Assembly (NCBI RefSeq): GCF_006345805.1
Contig: NC_042997.1
Span: 127,162,001-127,226,000 of the forward strand
DNA: 64,000 nt
Direction: 5' to 3'
DNA from: Octopus sinensis
Lineage: Eukaryota
Of the stretch, positions 1 through 12,278 are shown one piece after another. How positions within the stretch are numbered: position 1 is the stretch's first letter; each line of letters begins with the position of its first letter. The position numbers and the translations under genes were made by a program. The notes under the pieces are model-generated. The model was given only the letters and a program-made list of their open reading frames with translations. It did not search any database and was not told where the DNA came from.

Positions 1-353
1 AATAATATATGAATATATGCATATATACATACATATATGTACATACCTACATATATATATGTATATATACATGCATATATGGGCACAGGATATCAAAAAA
101 AGTTGAGCACAATGAGAAACGAAAGCATAAAGCAAAAACATAGAACGAACTTTTTCCGAACAACGAAAATAACAAAGAGAGAAACGCGACATAAAACATA
201 AAGGATATTCCCTTTCTTCAGTCGTCCCTGTTTCATCTACTCCACGTTATGAAGGCAAGGACAAGACGCGACTTCGTTGAAACAGTCTTTTCCCGCAAAT
301 CAAATTAAATAAAATTTGGAAATTTTGGCGGAGACAGTATAAGCACATTTTTT

Positions 354-440
<87 letters not shown>

Positions 441-443
<3 letters not shown>

Positions 444-654
444 TTCTTTACTACCCACAAGGGGCTAAACATAGAGGGGACAAACAAAGGGATTAAGTCG
501 ATTATATCGACCCAGTGCGAAACTGGTACTTTATTTATCGATCCCGAAAGGATGAAAGGCAAAGTCGTCCTCGGCGGAATTTGAACTCAGAACGTAATGA
601 CAGACGAAATACCGCTAAGCATTTCGCCCGGCGCGCTAACGTTTCTGCCAGCTC
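441..654 (-). mobile_element. tRNA-derived SINE, family A (Meta-domain-like core, tail A)
   Basis: Reverse complement reads GAGCTGGCAGAAACGTTAGC...GTTCAAATTCC (A/B-box-like), core GCCTTTCATCCTTTCGGGATCGATAAA, tail TTTAGCCCCTTGTGGGTAGTAAAGAAATA; many copies in window. Confidence 0.85.
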
Positions 655-879
655 ATATGTGCGTGAGCATTGTGAAGTTTAAGTTTTTTTACACAAATAA
701 AATTATATTAAAAAGCAAGACGAAATTGCTTTCAGTATTTTATCATGAATATACGTAAGATAGTAGATGCATGCTTTAAAATAAGCAACCGGCTTCATTC
801 ACTTTAAAACGATGATATAGTCATGCTGAAATGAAAGGGAAAAATATATATGGATAAAAAATGAAATTAAACAGTCATT

Positions 880-1342
880 ATATTACATGGAGAAATGCGA
901 GCATGAAAAGTCATATTCTTAAAATTATAAACCTGGAAAAGTACAAGGCAAGTTATTACATCTGGAAAAGTACAGGACAAGTTATCATTTCTAGTAAAAT
1001 AAAGAATAAGAAATTTTTAACATAAAATATTGCAGCAAAGAATGCCAGTTCTTCTAGTTTATCACTCTTTACAGTTCTCATCTTTTAAATTTATTGTACA
1101 AAACTGTTCAGCTAATTTGTAATTTTGTCTAATTAGTAACTTTTTCTGTATTTAAGGTTGTAAAATAGCCACATTCTACTTAAATAAGTATAGTGTTATT
1201 TGTAAACTATAATAAAATAAGTTTTAATATTCAAATAATAGCTTGTCCCATGCTTTTACAGGTGTAATAACTTGTCCTGTAATTTTCCAGGTTTATAATC
1301 TTAAGAATATAACTTTTCATGCTCTTATTTTTCCATGTAATC
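880..1342. repeat. Imperfect inverted repeat, MITE-like
   Basis: ~880-990 (GAGCATGAAAAGTCATATTCTTAAAATTATAAACCTGGAAAA...) is the reverse complement of ~1233-1342. Confidence 0.6.
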
Positions 1343-1775
1343 CATGATTTTCCCAGGTATTGCTGTTATAAGATAATAATGTGTCAATTAATAATTTAGG
1401 ATTTTACCTTATATAATATTGAAAGATAATATTTAAATTTTTCCATGTAAGTGATGATAATATTTCAATTTTTTTGCATGTTTAATTTAAATATACGTTG
1501 TGATTGAGTTATCTGATATTACCCATCCACACCAAATTAATGGCAGGGATTTTTACCATGTTGTTGGTTGCATCATGGCTCACCAAAAGTTACAAACAAC
1601 AAGACCCCAAAACCATCAGTTACCAGGCTTACCTTAATTAACCCAATTTTGCAATAATAGTAGGTCACAGGAATTCATTCAGTGAAAAAACATTCCAATG
1701 ATTTCGGGATTTCGACTGTCTTTACGTTTAGAATTCAAATTTCGCCGGTATTTCGTGCTAATTATATATAGCACG

Positions 1776-1846
<71 letters not shown>

Positions 1847-1948
1847 GGGAAAGATTACGAAAAAACAAAAGACGAAGACAGGTGGTGTACAAAACAAACA
1901 TATGTATTAGTATAACGCTCACGAATAGAAAAGTCTTTTACGTTACAC

Positions 1949-2046
1949 TAGGGGTGTATGAAAAGTTTTGAGCCTTGAAGTCTTGTATCTTCATCAGAAT
2001 TCTTGTATCATTTTTTTTTAGGCTCAAGACTTTTCATACACTCCTA
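1949..2046. mobile_element. Tiny mariner-type MITE
   Basis: 25-bp TIRs GGGGTGTATGAAAAGTTTTGAGCCT / AGGCTCAAGACTTTTCATACACTCC (2 mismatches), flanked by TA on both sides. Confidence 0.7.
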
Positions 2047-2049
2047 TAC

Positions 2050-2051
<2 letters not shown>

Positions 2052-2081
<30 letters not shown>

Positions 2082-2147
2082 TGTATGTATGTATGTATGT
2101 ATGTATGTATGTATGTATGTATGTATGTATGTATGTATGTATGTATG
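2052..2147. repeat. (TATG)n microsatellite
   Basis: Pure tetranucleotide run. Confidence 0.95.
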
Positions 2148-3063
2148 TTATTGTGGTTGTCGTTTTGATAAATAAATAAATAAACATTTTAATATCCTAA
2201 AGCTGATGAACCAACTAATGTGCTTCTCCATTTTCTGATTTGCAATATATATATATATATATATACAATATACACACGTGTAGGCAAATAAATGCAAAAG
2301 AAAGTGGCAAAAATAATATTCGAATACCGAAGGCGAGTAATATCCTTTTATTAAACTGAAAAAAGTCTTCACAAAATATTACTAAGTTTCACATTACCTT
2401 TCGTGGGACAGTTGTGATCAGAAATGTGCGAGCAAAAGGTAATGTGAAACTCCGTGTAACAATTTGTGAAGACATTTCAGCTTTACTGAAGTATATATAT
2501 TATGTGTATATGTGTGTATATAAATTATGTTTACATATGTCTGTGTGTGTGTGTGAACGTGAGTGTGTGCACACGCGCGCGCCTGTGTGAGTGTATGTGT
2601 GTCTGTGCGTGCCTCTGTGGGTGTGCGTGTGTGCGTGTGTGTGTTTGTGTGTTTGTGTGCGCGGCGTATTTATTAATTGATTAATCAGTTAGTTATGAAT
2701 GGCAATCTCTGGAGGAAGCTGTTCTGCAACTTCTTACTGAAAAACCTTCACGGATGGTTTTGTTTATAGTGACCAAATGTTTGTGCTTACTCTCTCCATC
2801 GAATGGGCGTTGCCTGAACAGGTGCACGGTGTGCTTCACGTGAAATGTCAAAGTGACCACAGGTCTTCCCGAGATGAAGTGCTATACTCAAAAACACAAC
2901 GCGCAAAAGTCTTAAGAACACACACACAAATGCACAAAAGTCTTAGAAACAACAGAAATAAGACTAAGCTTGAAATTTGTCTAGAAGCACCATATATATT
3001 GTTCCTGCTTTTTATCCACTTGTTTAATTAAAATATCTATGTGTACGTATACGTGCACGAGGG

Positions 3064-3532
3064 TGGAGGCGCGTGGTTTAGTGGTTCGGGTGTCAGCATC
3101 ATGATCGTAAGATTGTGGTTTCGATTCCTGGACTGGGCGACGTGTTGTGTTCTTGAGCAAAGCACTTCATTTCACGTTGCTCCAGTCCACTCAGCTGGCA
3201 AAATGAGTAACGCTGCGATGGACTGGCACCCCGTCCAGCTGCGTAACACATACGCCATTGAAACCGGGAAACCGGGGCCATGAGCGTGGCTAGGCTTTAA
3301 AAGGGCACAGATGGAGGCGCGTGGATTAGTGTTTCGGGTATCAGCATCATGATCGTAAGATTGTAGTTTCGATTCCTGGACCGGGCGACGCGTTGTATTC
3401 TTGAGCAAAACACTTCATTTCACGTTGTTCCAGTCCACTCAGCTGGCAAAAATGAGTAACGCTGGTGAACACATACGCCATTGAAGCCGAGAAATCGGGC
3501 CCATGAGCCTGGATAGGCTTTAAACGGGCGCA
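3064..3532 (+). mobile_element. Two tandem tRNA-derived SINEs, family B
   Basis: Units at ~3064-3310 and ~3312-3532, each GGAGGCGCGTGG..TAGTG..GTTTCGATTCCTGGAC then TTCTTGAGCAA..CACTTCATTTCACG. Confidence 0.85.
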
Positions 3533-3544
3533 AGAAGATACGTG

Positions 3545-4340
3545 TACAAGGTCTGATTAATAAGTATCCGGTCTGTTGTCATAGTAACGAAGCTAAAGCA
3601 CGCAGAGTACAGCCGCTTGGCACAAATTTACCTTGTAGTCTGCTGTGCCCTCTCACAATGTTTTAACGTTCTTGCTCACTTCCGCTGTTTACAGCAGTGC
3701 TTGAAAGGAAGGTGTGTAGCGTGTGATCGTCACGTTGACCATGTCAGAGAAAGTCGAGCAAAGAATCTGCATCAAATTTTACTGTAGGCTTGGTGATTGC
3801 TGCTCAGAGGTCTACGCTAAGTTTTAGGAAAGTTTTCATCTTTCTCGATGCAATCAAAGAGATCTTTTCCAACTGAAACCCGAGTGTCTTTTTGGTTAGC
3901 TGAAAGCAGTTTTGGCACAAACTTGGCGGACTCGCGTTTTATAACCAAATCTTCAGTTATAATAGATTCAACTGAACCATCACTAATCTACACATCCTCT
4001 GATAACTCACGGATGCTGATTCGAAGATTTCCCTTCGCAGATGCACGCACATCTATGATGTTTTTCTCAGTTTTTCTGGTTGTGGGTCTCCCAGAATGTT
4101 CAATATCGACATTTTTCGGCCATCTTGGAAACGTTTGAACAACTCGTACGCTTGTGTGCGGCTCATACACTCCTCTCCATACACTTTCTGCAACTTTGCG
4201 TAGGCCTCTGTGCAGGGATTAAAACTTAGTGCGCATGCACGGCAAAATTTAAGGTCGATCTGTACCAAGCAACTTCACTCTGTGTGCTTTAGCTTCGTTG
4301 CTATGGTAACAGTCCGGATACTTATTGAACAGACCACGTA
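3545..4340. mobile_element. Non-autonomous mariner derivative
   Basis: TA-flanked inverted ends (GGTCTGATTAATAAGTATCCGG / CCGGATACTTATTGAACAGACC); mariner N-terminal HTH remnants on both strands (MSEKVEQRICIKF on +; AYAKLQKVYGEECMSRTQAYELFKRFQDGR on -). Confidence 0.85.
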
Positions 4341-4839
4341 TGTTTCTTGTCATTCTCAGATATTCTATATATCATACACACGGTGCAATATAGCCACAGA
4401 CACACATACTAACAGGCGTAGATACACACACAAGCATACACATGCATACATATACACACGCATAAATACACACACACACTCGTGGTGATTAACTCTTTAT
4501 AGTTACATACCATAGTAAAAATGACTAAAGCAAATTTTAATAGTTCAACATCAAATTTTGTTACTCATAGTTGTAACGTTTTATTGTACTGTTCAAAGTA
4601 TACAATGTATACATGTTTTAGATAATATATGGTACATTTAATGTATATATTGAACAGTAGCAGAAAAATGTAAAATCTGGTGGAGAAAAAAAATCACTTT
4701 TAGCTTCATATTACATGACAACCATATTTATACATGTGCACATACAAACACACATGTTCTACTTATCGCACGAGCTCTCTCTCTTTCTCTCTCTATCGCT
4801 TTTTCTCTCTCTCTCTTTTTTCTCTCTCTCTATCTATTT

Positions 4840-4855
4840 ATGTCGGTGTATATAT

Positions 4856-4903
<48 letters not shown>

Positions 4904-5048
4904 TATACCTATTTGTGTGTATGTATTTATATAGGTATACACACACATGTATATGAATATACGTACCTTTGTGCGTGTGTATATGTATATATATAAATAT
5001 ATATATTTATATAAATAAATATATATATATGTATATATATATATATGA

Positions 5049-5079
<31 letters not shown>

Positions 5080-5138
5080 TGTATGTATATATATATATAT
5101 GTATATATATACGTGTGTGTGTGTGTGTGTGTATATAT

Positions 5139-5214
<76 letters not shown>

Positions 5215-5860
5215 TATATATATATAATTTAAAGGTATTTATAATATTTATCTAATATGTATGCGCATAATATATCCCATACACACAACACATACTTATA
5301 AGAAAATACATCCGAGTGTGTCTATGTATGTGTGTGTATTTATATTTACACATATTCATACAGCATACATATATGTATATATATATATATGCATATATAC
5401 ATATACATAGTTATATGATTTATGTATATATATACATATATATTTATTTATATATATTCATACACTATATATGCATAGAAATATATTCACACATACCCAT
5501 ATTTAAATACACATATCTTCAAACATACCTGTATATGTAAAACCCATCACTTGTTAATATTCACAGATATCTCCTATGTATAGGTAAATATGTGTGTATC
5601 AATACATTCATACACTGATCTAATATATACACTCATTGACATTTATACTCGCACATTCATATATAATACATGCGTAGACGAAACTTTACTTACATGCGCA
5701 ATACACATGATTTATACATACTCCAGCACATACACTGATATATATATATATACATACACACATGCATACATTCACACATACATACATCGCATACTCACAC
5801 ACGCACTTATATACATGCGCGCATATGTACATATGCATACTTGCACATATGTTTATATAC
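4840..5860. repeat. Compound (TA)n/(TG)n/(TACA)n low-complexity region
   Basis: Dinucleotide and tetranucleotide runs. Confidence 0.9.
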
Positions 5861-6584
5861 AAGATTTTAACCACCCTTGTCAACAATAGACCGACATGTT
5901 ATTCTTTTTCTACTGTAGCGTTTTACTTAGATTTGTTTAATATACAGCTAACATGAAAATGAGATTACAACTTTGACATGCCATAAAAATACACGTAACA
6001 GACAAACAATATAACATTGTGTCATCTTTTGTCTGTTGTTTATTTGATGTATCGTAAATGTGTTGTTTTCTCACTTTATTTACACAGATAGTGTAACTTT
6101 TCCATTATTAGTCAGTCAGAGGATGAGAGCGAAATGTGAGCGACACTTGTGCTTTACCGACTGATTGCACTTAAGTTACAATATGGAGTTTGCTTGTGTG
6201 CAATGTTTTGCTTAATAGATATCAGCGTTTCCTCATTGGACCAATGGCACAGCAATGCATAGTTTAAGCAATATTGTGATGCATGTTGCCATTATTTCTG
6301 TTTCCTACTCAACTGCTCAAATGTATGGTGTAAAGCCTCTTAAATGTCAGACTGAGGTAGAAAGCTTTGTATCTATCCAATATAGATATATACATGTATG
6401 TATATATCTATGCATATGTATGTGTGTATACATATATATTTATATATATCTAATACATACACGCATATATGCATACATATACATACATACACACACACAA
6501 GCGCAGGAGTGGCTCTGTGGTAAGTATATATATATATGTGTGTGTGTGAACTGAAAAAAGAGTGAGTGGCGTATGTGTGCATGT

Positions 6585-7350
6585 ATAAAGACAATAAATA
6601 ATGAAAAAAAGGAAAGCAGCACCGAAAGGCGAAGGTTTAACAAATATGGTATTATCTTCACGTTTTAATGGGGGGAAAAAGTACTTTAACGTTTCGGAAG
6701 TCAGTCCTTCATCGGAGGAAATAAAAGATGCATGCGAGAGTGAGAAATAACAAGGAAAACCGGGAACGAGAGGTTAGGAACCAAGTAGGAAGAAGGTAGT
6801 TCTATGAAGGAGGTGAGGATGGAGAAAAAGTGACCGCATATGTGCAAGTATAGGAGTGTATCCGTGTCTGGAAGTGGGCTTATGGAGAAGTGGGTATGAA
6901 TGTATGATTATGTATAGAAGTAGGAAAATGCAGAAGTGTAGTAGCGTAAGTTGGAAGAGTGTGAGAAGTTGGTACCTGTATAATTGTAAGTATGTGTGTG
7001 GGTGGAAAGCGTAGATGTAATAGGATGGAAGCTAGGGCGAATGTGAGAAGCTATGAGACGGAATGAAGGTTTGAACGTAAAATAAGTAAAATTAGGGAGC
7101 CCTGTTAGAGAAGGGATGTTAAAGAATGAAGAATATCATTTAAGAATTAAAGGATATTGTCAAAAAGTCTGGAGAGGCTTGATAGAGTGTCCACAGGATG
7201 GTGAAGAAATAGTGTACAAAAGTGTTTGGTTAGACGACTACCAAGGTAAGAGGAATGTAGAAGCAGATGTGATTGGCATGTGTGCAGTTAACACCGCTTG
7301 TGTAGTGGTGGCGCTCGTTTACGGTGATTACACAATTTCAAAACAAGGAT
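6585..7350 (-). mobile_element. Probable PLE 3' remnant with degenerate hammerhead motif
   Basis: Minus strand at ~6684-6718 reads CCGATGA-A-GGA-ctgact-TCC-GAAACGTT; context resembles the other PLE termini. Confidence 0.45.
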
Positions 7351-7540
7351 ACGAAAACACATACATCACACATACACACACGCATGCGCTCACACCGACA
7401 CGTACACACACAAACACACACACACTCACACATACACGCATGTATGCATAGGATGGGTTCCTTTCGGTTTTCATCAACTAAATCCAGTCGTTGGTTGGCC
7501 CAAGGTTATAACAGAAGACACTTGCCCAAGATGCTTATAG

Positions 7541-8454
7541 GAAACTCTTCAATAGACACAATTTAAAAATTAGTTTTAGTTCAACTACCAATTTTAAAAA
7601 CATAATCAATCATAACATACAAAAAACACAAGAAGAAAACAGCTGTTCATGCAGGAATAAAGAATTGTGCCCGCTAAATGGAGCTTGCATGTCCAAGACC
7701 ATCATATATGAAGCTACCGTAAACTCTATAACCACTAAAGACACCGTTTCGACGAAGAAATACGTGGGCCTGACAGAGGGTAATTTCAAGGCCAGGTTCA
7801 ATAAACACACTTTGAGCTTTAGGCACTGGAACAAAAGAAAAGCGAGACAATTATCCAATCATATTTGGTCTTTAAGAGATAAAGGTGTCGATTATAACAT
7901 ACAATGGAAGATTTTGGCCAGATGTAAGCCATATACTAACGGCAGCGGAAGGTGCGGTTTATGCGACATGGAGAGATGGCTTATCTGGAAAAGCAGCTTA
8001 GACCCTACCACATGTCTAAATACAAGGACAGAGCTTTTCGGATCATGCCACATGTGACTAAATTTCTGTTACGTTTTTGGTCCCCTAAAGAAAATGGATA
8101 GAACATGCTTTCTGTGTTATGTCCCAAGAAGATTTTATATATTTTTATATATTTTTATATATTTTTATGTATTTTTATATAATTTTTATGACGAAAAATG
8201 CGAGCGATGTATAAGTACGCAGGCAAAGCAGAGTTATAACAGAGTAATTTCCCTTCATTTTTAACGGTATTTTTTCATAACGTTTTCAAATAGCCAGATA
8301 ACCGAAGAGATGGTGTTGTGGATTTCCACTTCGGCATCTGAAACTCAGAGTTTTATCTTGACTACCGAGTAATGTAACATATTGTATAGATAAATTTCCT
8401 CTATTTACATAATATTGAGGTCTCTTTCTTTCTTTTGTTATCTTACCGTTTTAT

Positions 8455-8457
<3 letters not shown>
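7541..8457 (+). mobile_element. PLE 3' fragment, Naiad-like GIY-YIG endonuclease plus 3' hammerhead
   Basis: Open frame 7542-8057: KLFNRHNLKISFS..CSCRNKELCPLNGAC..IIYEATV..KYVGLTEGNFKARFNKH..CGLCDMER..LNTRTELFGSC; hammerhead at 8296-8358. Confidence 0.85.
8296..8358 (+). ncRNA. Type I hammerhead ribozyme-like motif
   Basis: AGATAA-CCGAAGA-GATG..CATCT-GAAACTC-A-GAGT-T-TTATCT: 6-bp stem I, stem II and stem III present; core has a U4C change. Confidence 0.65.
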
Positions 8458-8490
<33 letters not shown>

Positions 8491-8605
8491 TATTAGAAGT
8501 TTGGGAGGTGATGTACAGGTATTACATATTAGAAAAAATTAGGTACTCAGAGATCTGGATGTACAAATGTACATTTAGACCTCTGGGGACCTTACTTTTT
8601 CTAAT

Positions 8606-8683
<78 letters not shown>

Positions 8684-8713
8684 AATATATATAATATATA
8701 TATATATATATAT

Positions 8714-9670
8714 AACGGGAAGCTTTATGAAAATAGACAAAAGACGAAGGCAGGTTTACGGAAATAAACAAAAGACGAAGGCAGGGGGAGAAAGAAAGGG
8801 GAGAAGAGGGGAGAAGGAAAGGGGAGAAGAGGAGGGGGAAGGGGAGAAGGAAGGAGAGGAGAAGAGGAGGGGAGAGGGGGAGAGAGAGAGAGAAGGGGAG
8901 TGAGGGAGCAGAGAGAAAGAGGGTAGGGGAAGAGGGAAGAAGGAGGGAGGAAGAAAGAGGGAAGAAGGGAAGAGGAGTAGGGGTGAAAGGATGAAGGACT
9001 GAAGAGAAGTAGGGGTCGGGGGGAGGTTAGATGAGGAGGGGGGAGAGGGGGGTTAGATGAGGAGGGTGGGAGAGTTGAGACCAAATGGCGTATAAGAGCG
9101 AAGAGAGAAGATTAATTCCTGTTCCGGATGGCCTCTGTGTAAGGACAAACCGAACACAGACAGGTGTTGCAAGGAGTGACCAGTGGAGCGGAAATGGCGT
9201 GAGACCGGTGTGTCGTTCGCAAGGCGGATGTCACGAAGGTGTTCCGCGAACCGGTCAGCCAAGCGGCTTCCCGTTTGTCCGATGTACAGGGAATGGCAGA
9301 GAGAGCAAGAGAAGCAATAGATAATATTGCTGGAGGTGCAGGTGAAGGAGTTGATGATGCGATAGGGTCGATGATGGGTGCCAGTGAGGAGGGTGGTGTT
9401 GGAGAGGTAAGGGCAAGTGCGGCAACGTGGGCGGGAGCAGGGGAACAAGCCAGCTAGGGAGGTAGGGTCAGGGAAGGAGCTATGGACCAAAAGGTCTCGA
9501 AGGTTATGGGCTCGTTTGAAAGAGGGGAGGGGTCGGTTAGGGAAGAGGTGTGAAGTGGACGGGTCGGACTGGAGATGACGGAAAGCTCGAAGAATGGTGC
9601 GTTGGAGAGGTAGGGTCGTGGGGTGGTAAGTGAGGGGAAAAGGGAGGCGGGAGACTACAGGGCGGGGAGA
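8714..9670 (-). mobile_element. 5'-truncated, internally deleted Neptune-like PLE (GIY-YIG)
   Basis: ORF 9053-9490: PCSRPRCRTCPY..CTSSNIIYCFSCSLCHSLYIGQTGSRLADRFAEHLRDI; near-identical to parts of 34886-36540. Confidence 0.9.
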
Positions 9671-9674
9671 TATT

Positions 9675-10632
9675 TATGAAAAAGAAGAACGAAAATGCTA
9701 CTTTTTAAAAATTAAGTACATTTGAATTTCTTTATATTAATACATTAAAAGGAAAATGTCTTTCTTTTACATATTTCGGTTTTTGAAAAACCTTATCAAA
9801 TATATATACTAAAATGGAATATGTAGAGAAAAAAGTTATTAATAAAATTATTAAAATAATTGTTCATAGAGTACATCCTGTTTCCTGCAAGAGCACGTGA
9901 TAATTTCCTTTAATTTTCGTAGTATTACTAGTGGCACTGTCTGTGATGGTAAATTAAGTAGTGTGGTTAAGACTGTTTTCTATTGGAGTGGTTGGTGCAG
10001 TCGAATAACTAGCAGTAATAATAATAATAGTTTCGTGCTAATGCGTTCATTTTGGCCAGCATTGTCTTTGAATTTGTGTAATGGAAAAGGTGTGAATTTG
10101 GGAAATTTGTTGGATGCACATTCATCTATGTGTTGGCTGACAGGTATTTTCCTGTATTCCAGAATTCTAATTTGAGATTTGCGTACTGCCATCCTCTGAT
10201 GTAGGCTGTTTTTTTTTTTTTTGTGCGTGTCCAATATATTGCCGTTTGCATCCTGAGCATGTAATTAAGTAAATCAAGTTCTCCGACTGTTCCAGTCACG
10301 CCTATGGAAAACAGACTTCACCACACTACTTAATTTGCCATCAGAGACATTTAGTAATTTGCCATCACAGACAGTGCCACTAGTAATGTCACGAAAATTA
10401 AAGAAAATTGCCACGTACTCTTGCAGGAAAAAAGAAAGTACACTATGAACGTTTATTTTAATAATTTTATTAATAACTTCTTTCTCTACATATTCCATTT
10501 TAGGATATATTTTTGATAAGGTCTTACAAAAACCGAAATATGTAAAACAAAAACAGTTTCCTTTTAATGTATTTATATAAAGAAATTCAAACGTACCTAA
10601 TTTTAAAAATGTAGCATTTTAAATCTTTTTCA
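9675..10632 (-). mobile_element. PLE 3' fragment with inverted copy of its 3' region
   Basis: Minus strand ~10280-9990 encodes NLIYLITCSGCKRQYIGH..LHQRMAV..IPVSQHIDEC (GIY-YIG); ~9690-10010 is inverted at ~10276-10630. Confidence 0.8.
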
Positions 10633-10685
<53 letters not shown>

Positions 10686-10893
10686 GTAAATCCCGAAAAG
10701 AAGAACAAACACACAAAAAAAGAACAATAACGTGAGGACAGGGTACATGTAAAGTATTAGCAGGCGCTCAGGGAAGGAAAGAAAGACGGTTTAATGTTTC
10801 GAGAAGACGCTCTTCTTCGGAAACACAGGAAATCCAATAGAAGGGAAGACGGAGGAAGAAAATCGCCAACCATTCACATGTGGTCTCATTTTA
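10686..10893 (-). mobile_element. ~200-bp solo PLE-terminal unit with hammerhead motif
   Basis: 10789-10824 (minus): GTTT-CCGAAGA-A-GAG-cgtctt-CTC-GAAAC-ATT-AAAC; homologous to 40461-40667. Confidence 0.6.
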
Positions 10894-10909
10894 AATATAT
10901 ATGATATAT

Positions 10910-11162
10910 ATATCCAAATTGAGGGAGTGGGATTTTATTCGCATTTATAGCAACTCTAGTTGCTAACCGTGAGCTATACAGAAACGTAACTTCCAGTTTA
11001 TGGGAAAAAGTGTGTAACCTTCGATGGCAATAAGTTTTATTGTTCCTGATCGTACACCTTTTTCTTTACGTGGCAGGTCTAGAAAACTTTTGTTTTCTAT
11101 ACTCGTCACGGACTGCTTGAAGCTTGCAAATTTCCTGCACTTGGATCTCTGGATTTTACCCT

Positions 11163-11195
<33 letters not shown>

Positions 11196-11453
11196 TATAT
11201 ATATATCCAAATTGAGGGAGTGGGATTTTATTCGCATTTATAGCAACTCTAGTTGCTAACCGTGAGCTATACAGAAACGTAACTTCCAGTTTATGGGAAA
11301 AAGTGTGTAACCTTCGATGGCAATAAGTTTTATTGTTCCTGATCGTACACCTTTTTCTTTACGTGGCAGGTCTAGAAAACCTTTTGTTTTCTATACTCGT
11401 CACGGACTGCTTGAAGCTTGCAAATTTCCTGCACTTGGATCTCTGGATTTTAC

Positions 11454-11460
<7 letters not shown>
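10910..11460 (+). repeat. Near-perfect direct duplication of ~250 bp separated by (TA)n
   Basis: 10910-11165 is nearly identical to 11204-11460 (ATCCAAATTGAGGGAGTGGG...GGATTTTACCCTTATA). Confidence 0.9.
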
Positions 11461-11494
<34 letters not shown>

Positions 11495-12074
11495 GAAATG
11501 AGGTACTCAGAAATTTGGATGGTTTTATATGTACAGATATTTATTAGTATGTTACATGTTTTTATACATCAAATATCATATATTAGCGCTTTCGTCCATT
11601 CTAATGGAGTCTTCAAATTGATCAATTTGAAGACATCATCTTCAAACCTTCATATATACAATAGTACCTCGGTTTTCGAACAAATCTGATCGTGAATAAA
11701 TCGTGCTTTTTAAATCGTGGTATAGATAGATACAGATATATATAAAGCACGATTTATTCGTGATCAGAGACGTTCGTAAACCGAGGTTCTACTGTATATA
11801 TAATCGTCTCTAAATGTGACTGACGGTGCTGTAGCATCTACGTTGCTAGAAATAAGAATTAAAAATACTTAATGCTGTAAGAAGAATACAATATATATAC
11901 TCTGACAGGGAACGTAACTGCTCCGTGACCGTCTCTTGGTCGTCTCACCATTAAGAGTTTTAAACTCCTATTTCTAGCAATGTTGGTATTTCGGCACCAT
12001 CGGTTACATTCAGTGACGATTAATTTTTTCCTTTTTGTTATTACATTGCACTTAGCTGTTTATAGTAATTTTTG

Positions 12075-12122
<48 letters not shown>

Positions 12123-12127
12123 TTACA

Positions 12128-12278
12128 ACATGTTTCTTTACGTTTCCGTCTACTAAATCCATTCACAAGGCTTTGGTCGACCTGGAGTTGTAGTGGAGGA
12201 CTCCTGCCAAGGTTTCCTCGCTGTGGGACTGAACCTGAAACGATGTAGTTAGGAAAAGAACGCAGCCAAGCCTGCACC
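12128..12278 (-). mobile_element. SINE family D, 5' part
   Basis: Diverged match to the head of 49412-49822. Confidence 0.7.

Noticed and set aside
210-260. Hammerhead-like words on the minus strand (also 46200-46250)
   Set aside because: GAAAC precedes CTGA(A/G)GA without compatible stems
8050-8240. TGA at 8055 as selenocysteine, with a SECIS near 8188
   Set aside because: The TGA is better explained by a 1-bp frameshift (C-x-H-V-T-K-F-L-L continues in another frame); no proper SECIS stem is visible
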